From positions 69,677 to 133,676 of the forward strand of contig NW_003526946.1 in assembly GCF_000181795.1 (NCBI RefSeq): DNA of 64,000 bases, given 5' to 3'. Positions 1 to 10,000 of the stretch are shown here, piece after piece. The notes under the pieces are model-generated. The model had not been told where the DNA came from, searched no databases, and worked only from the letters and a program-made list of their open reading frames with translations. Position numbers and translations under genes: made by a program. This DNA comes from Trichinella spiralis (taxonomy: Eukaryota). Position 1 is the first letter of the stretch, and every line of letters starts with the position of its first letter.

Positions 1-3000
1 TGAAAAAGAAGATGCTGATAATTATTGTGAATTCACCACGGAAGAAACCGATAAAGTTCTTTGTTCGACACGCAGCGATGCAATTTTTTCTTCAACCAAC
101 AACAGTCGGATATTTCTAGCTTTCAGTTTGATCATAATAGCGATGATTCTTTGCATTCTAGTCAGTGTATTTGTTGTTTCTTTTTTGAACACTTACGCAG
201 CAGTCAAGGTCGAAACTGAAGTAAGCGTCCACGCTTGTTTGTAATTATGTTGTAAAATCTAGTCAGTGTATTAGTTGTTGTTTTTTATTGTAAAAATATT
301 ATTACAGTTTTGAAGAAAATGATAATCTATAATGACAAAATTTTCAAATTCAAATCAAGTAAATAAGTCAGACATTTTCACTTGCACTCTGCTGGTCGAC
401 TTACTCGTAAATTTGCATGAAATGAATTATGTTCATTATGAATTTTAACTGTTCTGAAATGTAAAGTTGATCGATCAACTTGGGTGAAATTGTTTTCAAA
501 ATTTCAAACAATTTCTTGAAAGTTGTCACTCAAACAAATTTGTTAATTTTCCAACTTCGCTTTTTATAAATTCTTTCTAACCTGAGGATTTTATTAAACC
601 AGTTCTTTTTTGATATTTCTGTTTTTTTACAGGTTTATTTTTCATTAGCGTTGCTTTTCATATCACATTGTCTGAGTTTGCATGATTTGCAGGTTTCTTG
701 TGAATAAGTTGAAAAACATTTTTTAAAATTAATACTGTTGTTATTATTTTATGTTGAGATTATGATTTGCTTTTATATTTAATTTATCGTTGTGCGGATC
801 GCTTTTATTCTGTGCTTTCAGTATCGGCCTGGACCGCAACCTCGACCATTTTTCTCTTGTAACTCTTCGGTGATTGATTTGCATCAGGGCGACTTGGATC
901 CTATAATAGATCATTTCGCTTGTGGTGAAGTTCTGTTTGTGATGTACTATGCGCCGTGGAGTTTTGACTGCTTGCAGTTCAGATCGTATTTTGAAATTTT
1001 GGCCTCGTATTTCAGTTCTCAGATTACATTTTATGGTGTAAATTGTTGGGAACCAGCAGGCCAGTGTCGGCGCCTTCGGCAGCCTCGTGAATTTCCCATT
1101 TTTGAACTCTACTTTCACAAGCCCAGACAAAGCATCGAATACAGCGGCCTGTTGTCATTGGATTATATGTTCAAGTATCGGTTTGTTGTTCTGTTGTTCT
1201 AGTGAAGAGATTTTTGAAATTTTTTTTTCTAGATTTTTGGAACATGCACTTGATCCATTTGTCCGACTTGCAACTCAGGAAGAGTTGAGTGAATTTCTAT
1301 CTCGTCTCACCAACCGAGTGATTGGATATTATGCGTTTGACGAGTACCGCAATCCGCCGCAATATGAGAAGTTCTACTTGATCTGCTTGAGATCGTTGGA
1401 AATAGATCCAATACGGAAATTGGCCGAATTCGCTGTAGTCACGGACAAAAGTTTGGCAGCTCGTGTGAATTTAACCGCCAACGCTCAGCTGTGCTATTTC
1501 ACCAGCATAAGCAACACTTGTCAAGTATATGCTTTCTTTGTCTTTATGGCCGAAAATTGGCCCTTCAAATGTTTGATTATTGTTGTTTTTTTTCTTTTTT
1601 TAAGAGATATCCTGATAATGAGCATTTCTCTGTAGAAGCAGTGTTGAAGTGGATTGCTGGACAATTTAAAGTTGTTAATTTTTGGTTTATACCAAATCAG
1701 AAGAAAAGCAGCGCTTTACGATCAGTTCTGAAGAGGCCTTCATTTCTGTTGTTGACTCCTTGGCAATTGTTGGTTGAACACTCGACGATTGTTTCACTTG
1801 TAAAAAAAATTTAACTTTTTGTGCATATCTTTTATTTTTTGAAAATGAAATTATAAAAATTTTTTCAAAGTTTTCACCATTGGCCGCGATGTACTTCGAC
1901 TGCAAAAAGGACGAATCGATAAAGGAGCGATTTGAAAAAGTCGCTTCATCTTTGGGATTGGAGCCCGAAGCAGTTGCAAATTATCGAGCGAAATGTATTG
2001 GTGAAGATGCTGATCGCAAGAAAGTTTACCAGGATGCATTTTGGAAGCACAGCAGCTTGCTGAAGGCGAACGGTGAATTTTTGAACACCGGTCGAAGTGG
2101 AGAAGAAATTGCCAGTTGTGACAAGCGCAACTTGTTCAAACCTGAGAAGCAGTTTTGCAAAAAGCCACAGTACATCTACAAGGGTGGTGGATGTTCAGTT
2201 GGGGAAGATGTGGAAAAGGCCGGAGAGTTCACTGGAAGCAACGACGGTGCTGGAAGCAATTTTCCAAATTTTCCTCATTCAAATGCGGAATGTTTGAGGA
2301 ACATTTTCCGGGCTGTTGAGTTGGATCCATTTGTGGATGATGCTCTTTGTCGACGTTGGAGTTTGTCTTTCGCTTTGAAGTACACCTATGCGTTGCCTTT
2401 GGAGAATGCTGCTCTTCTGAAAATGTGGTCCGAGAATTCAACATTCTCCTCATACCGTGGATTGGCTTGCAAAACGAAACGCATTTTGAACTTCCTCACC
2501 ATTGATAGTGACTATTTCGACTGGTATGCTGACAAGCTTGGACTTCCGGAAAATGTCCGCTCACCGAAAATACCAAAAGCGATGATCATCGATGCTGCTG
2601 TAATAATAATGAATTGATTTGATTCTGATTTTGGCATACATTTTTCGTCTCATTTTAGAAAAATGCTTTCTACGTGCTGAAGGAAAATGTGACAGCGAAA
2701 AGTATTGTACAATTTGTTCAGAATTTTACAAACGGCCAGTTGAGCAGATTTTATAAATCTGAAAAACAGGAATCTGAAACCAAATCAAAGCAGAGTAGTG
2801 GGGAAAATCGGTTGAATTTGGTGAAAGTAACGACCGACAGTTTTTCTCAATTAGTTTTGGCTAGTGATAAGGTAATTACTATTTGTTGAATTCCTTTTTC
2901 AACATTCACTTTTTCATTTCAATGCAGAATGTGGTTTTGTTTTACTACACACGATGGTGTGTTTTTTGTCATACGGTTATGCATATTATCAGCACAGCGG

Positions 3001-3615
3001 CTTATATTATGCGGTTTTCAAAGAAAGTTGAATTCGCTCAGTAAGTCGGCATGATTTAAATTATCTCTATTTGTTATTTTACATTTGAAAATTCAGAATC
3101 GACGCGGGTAGAAATGATTTACCTGTTGATCATGCTGTCAGTCGTTATCCAAGCGTGGTTCTTTATCCTTGTTTGGCCAAGTAAGTAATAGAATGATTTT
3201 TTTTCTTTTATTTTTTTTATACTTTACATTATTTATATTCAGAAATAATCGAACAATTTATCCATCAAAAGTGCCTTTCACAGTGACAAATTTGATATCG
3301 TTTGTGATGCATCATTCGGACAGAACGACCAGATTGGAACTTGGTGTGAAATTTTGCTCCGCTAAATGTCGTCATCGGAATTTCAATTTGTTGCACAAAC
3401 AGCTCGGCTGTTATCGTCGTCGTTTAATGCACATCTCGGATATTGTTGTATCCAAGCAGATGATTTGGAACAGTGACAATCGGCAGAGTGTGTTTTGCAT
3501 GAAGAGTTATTGGGAAAAATTGCGCCATTTTCAATTGAAAAGAAGAGAATTGGTGAAATTGCGCGGTTTAATTTGTTCTGTTTTTCAGCAATTTGTTTTC
3601 ATGAATAATTATTAA
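1..3615 (+). CDS. TXNDC11: Thioredoxin domain-containing protein 11 (EFP1)-like ER membrane oxidoreductase; multi-exon, 5' end lies outside the window
   Basis: Frame open 2..220 with a hydrophobic TM stretch (IFLAFSLIIIAMILCILVSVFVVSFL) and a GTAAGC donor at 221. Phase-0 exon 633-692, then an exon from 822 with PQPRPFFS...YYAPWSFDC...GVNCWEPAGQCR. A later Trx domain reads VVLFYYTRWCVFCHTV (WCVFC at 2955-2969), followed by RIDAGRNDLP...YPSVVLYP and FTVTNLISFV. Stop at 3615. Motifs recalled as TXNDC11-family. Confidence 0.85.
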
Positions 3616-3757
3616 TCGTTGAATTATTAAAATTTCACAAAACCCAGAAAAAAATATCATTGTGGATTTTATTCACGATCAATTCACCAACACGAGACAA
3701 ACAAACAACAAATTTATGAACAATAATAATAATAATAATTCACGTCGAGTTGTTGTT

Positions 3758-5388
3758 TCATTGGGTCAGACGAAAATAGAACATTACTGAATAATCGTAT
3801 CCAGATAGCAAAAATGATGATCCTTGTGCATCTGTGAAACAGCCGCCGCCGATTGGTACGTTTTCCACAGATGTAGAGAAACAGCACGAAATCTGAATTG
3901 AAACCGAGAAAAAACATACATCTGACACTTTACAAAAGCACAAATCCATTACCTTTGGTGTTGTGGAATTTTCCAATCTCCAAACTCGAACGAAAGAATC
4001 TTCGCTGGTGGATAGGATCAAACTTTCACCAGCAGAATAATCTAAATCTGTAATCGGTTGACTATGAGCGTTTATTTCAGCAAGCATTGCTTCCTTTTCA
4101 ATGTCATACAAAACAACTTGACCAATAATTGTTCCACATGCCAGCCAATTGTTTACACTTATTATGCAATTAATCGAAAGACTAATAAATGATAAAATTT
4201 AAATATAGAAAAAGAAACTATTTTTCAACATAAAACAACCTCACCCTGTGTAGATATTTTTCAAACAGTGCAAGTCGGAGTTGAAAACTAGCAAGTCGCC
4301 CTTCATGTTAGCCACTACGAGCCAATTTCGAAAACTGACCATGTCGACCACAGGCTCTTTGTTGTATTCATCCCAGGAGCCGGTCAGTTTGGCAGTATCG
4401 TTTTTGATGCTTAGTCGAAAAATTGTCCCCGCATGACAACCTGGAAAATAGAAGCGTGGAATAGGCAATTTACATATATATATATATATACCAATAAAAA
4501 TTTCGTCTTCAATACAAGCCACTCCTTTGGTGTATCTCCACAAAGCTATACAATTAAACAACTTTTTTTGTAATATCATTTTATTTGAATAAAATAAAAA
4601 GTACTGGTTTTTTCTTCTGGAACTGACAGCCAGTACATCATTGTAGTTGTGACTGTATTCCATATCTGGACGATGAAAAATTAATGAAAAGTTCTTCAAT
4701 TAAAATTTGCAAAAAATCAATTTTTTTATAAAAATGACAATCAAGTACAAACTGAAAATTTTTGATTTTATGAAAATTAAAATGGAAATAAAACAAAATT
4801 TTACACTTATACTTTTATAAAAAATTAATTATTCATTTAAAAATAAAAAAACAGACATATTGACTGATCATTGATTGAATAAATTGCAAAAATTCATACC
4901 GAAGCACCGGCAACTGTGCAAATCACCAAAACGGGAGTTGTTCTGCTTTTCAGTGAACAGAATTTTACCTGATCGAAATTTATAAAAATTTAAATTTATA
5001 AAAACCAATCAAAAACAATATTTATATTACTTGCATCACTTCTACTTTTTTGTTGCTCTTTCCAGTATTCAAATCTTTCGCAGGTACAATGTTGTGAACC
5101 ATCCATTCGAATTTGTCATCCCAACTAACTGTGTGAGCCTAAAAAAAGTAAATTTTACAAGAAAAACATAATAATAATAATAATCATAATCATAATCATT
5201 ATTAGTAGTAGTAGTAGAAATAGCTGCATATTTGTGTAGTTTACTTGATTTTTATTAGCAACAACTGCACATGTGAGATTTGCATTAGCGGAAAAGGAAA
5301 CGCTCAAGTTGTTACTAATGGCCGAAGTGCTTCCGTTGACGATCGGTATTTCTCGTTCCAACTTGTAGCACAGTTCCCTATCGCTCAT
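3758..5388 (-). CDS. WDR54: WD repeat-containing protein 54 homolog; multi-exon
   Basis: ATG at 5388. N-terminus YKLEREIPIVNGSTSAISNNLSV resembles the WDR54 N-terminus. C-terminal WD40 repeat AEINAHSQPITDLDY...LSTSEDSFVRVWRL and the ending GGCFTDAQGSSFLLSGYDYS. GT-AG exons include 5388-5245 and 5138-5031. Confidence 0.85.
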
Positions 5389-5413
5389 TTTTGCAAATAA
5401 AACTAACCAAAGC

Positions 5414-5427
5414 GTTGCTATGGATAC
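5414..5427 (-). promoter_or_regulatory. X-box (RFX/DAF-19 binding site)
   Basis: GTATCC AT AGCAAC on the gene strand (GTTGCTATGGATAC on +) fits the nematode X-box consensus RTHNYY-WT-RRNRAC at all 14 positions. It lies 26 nt upstream of the WDR54 ATG. Confidence 0.7.
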
Positions 5428-6265
5428 TGGACGCTCCCCCACTTTTACAGTAATACAAAAATATATTTCTAAAGATAGAGATTCAAATTTCAAAAAAATT
5501 GGCAAAAAGAACAAACGATAAATTGTATTGCTCACAATTAGAATGAATTTTTTTCAATATACCAGAAAAAGTCAACTACTGTTCATTTGCAAATTTTGAA
5601 TTTCTTATATATTTTATACAGGTACATTGAATATTGAATACTTTTTATTCATGACTCGTATATATATATATTTGATTTGATTTGATTGCAATATTTTCAA
5701 ATAGTTAGTTCAATGGTATCTGAATAAAAGTATTTTATCCTTTTCAACTTGCTCTAATTTCCATTTTTTTGCTCTATTTCAATCACAATTTTCAACATAC
5801 TGCTCAAGCTTTGCTATCATCATCATCATCATCTGTATAAATATTATTTTCGGCTAAACATGCAATGGCGTCAGGTGCTTGTTCAAACATGAATGAACTC
5901 AAGCAAACAAACTACCGCGTCTGATTTATACAACGAAGCTGATTGCATTTTGTAAATAGAAAGAATCCGTTGCTCATATTTGTTCAAACTAAACCCACGT
6001 CTCAATCACTAATGCTGAATTCAATGATCAATGACAATCGAATCGACCAGACCTTTTTCAATTCAATAATAATATTCAACAATTTACATGCATAAATAAC
6101 ATTTGTTTTTCCTTTTTTTACATCTCTTTTCTAATATAAATATTCACTAATGATGCTTGCTGCTTGCAGAAAACTATCCTCAAATTGATATAATGTAAAA
6201 ATAAAATTTAAAATACTTATATACAAAATAACAACAATTAAAATGCAACGCTATTTACTATTACA

Positions 6266-6411
6266 GACACACACACACACACATATATATATACGTACAT
6301 ATGTTTATACATACGTACATATTATATACATATATACATATGCATCTGTATGGATATATAGATACAGATATAAATATGGATATAGATACAGATATATATA
6401 TATATGTATAT
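6266..6411. repeat. Compound (CA)n/(TA)n low-complexity microsatellite
   Basis: acacacacac followed by degenerate tatata/tagata/tacata units; it generates the spurious ORF 6243..6449. Confidence 0.8.
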
Positions 6412-7085
6412 TGTACTTTTGCCTAAAAGTAAGAGATATGGAAAGATAATGATAGAGTAAATTTACGTAAAAAAATACGAGTCAATATCCATGACAAAAA
6501 TAGTCACAGATAATGAAACGATGCTTAAATGACCACTACAGAAAAAGGTATGATTTGCTGATTTGTGGAACTAGTTGCAATGAATCTATCAATGATCAAA
6601 TGATTCTGACAAATAAAAAAATGTACCATTGTTGTTGAAATTGAAACATCCGATGCGCTTGTTTGTATAATTAGATGGTACAACAAATGAACCGGTTGAT
6701 TTTTAGTAGTCGATCCACTGATTGTACAGATCAAACGAAAAAGAAAAACACGATACCAATCGAATTCAAATGATGGAATTTTGATGTTATGATTGGTAAA
6801 AAATAGAAAAATAATAATAACTGACCAGCTACTTTGCAAACAATTCCACAAATGATGACAAACTGATAATAATAATAATAATAATTGATATGATAATGAA
6901 TGAATCAGCTATATATATATATATATATATATGGATTCGATAGATAGATACTTGTGTATATAAAAAAAGATAAAACGTATAAATGATTCATCTGATTCTA
7001 TTTGAATAAAACAATCTTTAAATGATTAAATGAAATTGATTTCCAATGATTAAAATCAGCAAATAGATCAAGCTGAACTGAATTT

Positions 7086-10000
7086 TTAAAAGTTCAAGCT
7101 GATCTGACGAGATGGACGTCTGTTGTTGAAAGAATTTTCCCAATGGATATCTGATGACCAAGATCTGCTCTTAGCTCGAAATTTTCTAAGATCTGCAGCA
7201 TGCGCTTCATGCAACATTGGAACATAATTTGGCGGTTCGCAATAATTCTGAATATGGATTAAAATTAAGGACATAAAAATAAATGCCCTGTCTTAAAATC
7301 TATTCAAATTAATTTTACAATTACCGTAAATTTTGGAAAAAAATTCTTGTAGCCGCCATCAAGAAGGTATATTTCTGGATAATGCAAATGTGGATAACGT
7401 TTCGAATTGACTTTACGATCAAATTTTCGCAAATATCTAGACCTGAAAGTAAGAAAAGAAAACGAAGATCAAAATTAAGATTAAAAAGTTGAAAAAGTTT
7501 GTAATTACATTCTTGGGCCACGTTCTTTGGAAAATTCACAATAAAAAATGACAACTTGACGTGACTCAGTTGAAGACTTCATCGCATCTGAATTTCGATC
7601 ATGGAAAAAGAAACGCTTCAATTGTTCTTGAGTGAAAACATTCACTGCTCCCTAATTTTTTGCAAAACAAGAAAAGAAATTAATGAAACATTTTTTTGGA
7701 TCATATATATATATTACTTTGATATGACCACCATTGTATTCATATGGATAGCGACAATCCAATATGATGTATTTTTGAATAACATGCGAATATTCTTCAT
7801 TCAACAATTTAACCAGCTTAAAAATTTAACCATCATATATAATTTGTAAATTTGAAAATTGTAAAATTTATTCTAAAATAAATATTTACAATGCGTCCAT
7901 CTATGCTGCACAAATCTGGTACTCGAGGCGCTTGCAACAATGGTAATGCATGAGTCTGAAATGGAAAAGTGTTCACACAATTGTCACAAATCAAACTTGT
8001 ACAAGATACTCACTGTAGAATAGTCGCCAATGAAATTTCGATTATCACATCCTAAAATAAAATAAAAGAATGTTTCAACAATTAAAATTTGAATAGAAAA
8101 GAAAAGAAAAAGTACAAAACAAACCTTCTTGAAAAGCGGAACCAACGTCTGCTTCGGAAAAGCAACGAGCAAATGGATGCTGAAGAAAAGTAATGTTTTT
8201 TTTTTACAATATTACTTATTACATTAGGATGAAAATTAAAATAAAATACTCTTTTTTGATTTGGAGAAATATCCAACAAGCTTTTCCTACGTTTAAGCTG
8301 AGGAGTTTGATTAGTGACATTTTCATTTGAAAGTTCTCGAAATGCAACACGTTTGCGTTGTCGTATAGAAAATGGCGTGTCGTTTTCTTCGGCAATTTTG
8401 AACAACTTTCGCTGAATCCAATGTAGAACATTAGAAAAATTATTCAAAAATAATTAATTTTTTTTCTGTTTAAAGCATTTCAATACTTGGCCAATGCGGA
8501 AAGAATTTTCATTGGGAAAAATGTTTTCATCACCTTCCGATTGCAACGAACCGCTGAGTAGGCTTTTGAAGTGACATTTCAAATCGGCTGGTGCTTCTTG
8601 CTCTTTGACAAAATCATCATCGAAGCCTTCGTCCGTGTTTGCCTGTAGAAATTTTCAATTAAATTTTACAAAAATTATTCATATTTATTCATACTTTGGC
8701 ATCGTAAGAGCGAGACCTAAACCGTACATGTAATGTATTCGATTGTGATGAAACAGCTGGTAAATTAAATTGTGACGGACCCTATGAAAAAGATAATATT
8801 CATTTATTATTATTTGGTAAATTATATTTCATAATTTGATACTTTAGTTGTTGTTTGACCTTCTCCAAAACCACTGTCTTGAGTATCTTCGTCCATAAAA
8901 ACCGATGACGGGGCGGGACTAAGAATCACTAAAAATCCAATCAATATTCATATTTCATCAACATCTACTTGTCCACTTACATACATAGTCCGTTAGTGTT
9001 GCATGTTAAATAAACAATTTTAATATTTACTTTAGCAAAATAAAGTCAACTAAAAAAATGCTTCTTGTAAATTATAGGTAAATTATTGGCATAAATTTCG
9101 ATAAAGCATATATTGTAATAATAATATTGCCGAAGGTAAAATTGATTGCTTTTAAAGATGATTGAGATAAAAATTGTTCAACAGTTATATCGACCAGATC
9201 ACAGTTATATTTTGATCGCCCAACTATGCCGTACTCCCACTTTGTAATTGCACTACTGCAGCAGCAGATATAGAAAGTGAGTGATAATAATTTTCTGAAA
9301 TGTTTGTCTTTTGTTGATTTAAAATTTGTATTATCATTTTTGCAATTCTGTTTCGTGTAAAATTTCAACCATTTTCCCCATTTCCAATACTACAAATTTC
9401 ACTACCAAAGGGTAAAATTCACAAAAAATAAGCTTAACAAAAAATTTGTCCCACATATCTATCTGTGTGTGCATTCATTGAACCACAATCTTGATAAATG
9501 AACCGAACATAATGATAACAGTTCAGAAAGATAAAACGAAAAAAACAAGATACAGTAGTTTGGGTCAAATGGATATAATTGACAGAGCTTCAATCGTACA
9601 TGTGCAACGTGCAAACGGACGGGAAAATCAGAATAAGCTCGCGATTACGTGAGCGCACCATTGACCAATGAAAGTTATTTTGTCAGCTAGTATAGTGGAA
9701 TTTTTGGATAAAATATCCATCCTACTCCCTCCCGCCCATGCTAATCAACATATGGAAAACATCACATTCACGAAAGGGTCATGTTCATTGTATATTGTCT
9801 TGGGAAATTCATCTTTTATACTTTTTCACAAAACAGGTCCAAAAATTGTGACCTATATATGTAGATATGTATGGATGCAGACGTCCAAATGTATACGAAT
9901 CTGTGTATACATGCATGTGCATGTGTGCATGCCAGTTCGATTGAATAACAGGTCAAAGTATAAATCAAACAGAAAAAAAGGATTAAATAATCGGCGAATT

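Noticed and set aside
158..280. Short direct repeat TCTAGTCAGTGTATT at ~158 and ~258
   Set aside because: A single ~15-20 nt local duplication across an exon/intron boundary with no further structure.
6243..6851. ORFs and Pumilio-like TGTATATA motifs downstream of cdc25
   Set aside because: They arise within TA/CA microsatellite sequence, where such matches are expected by chance.
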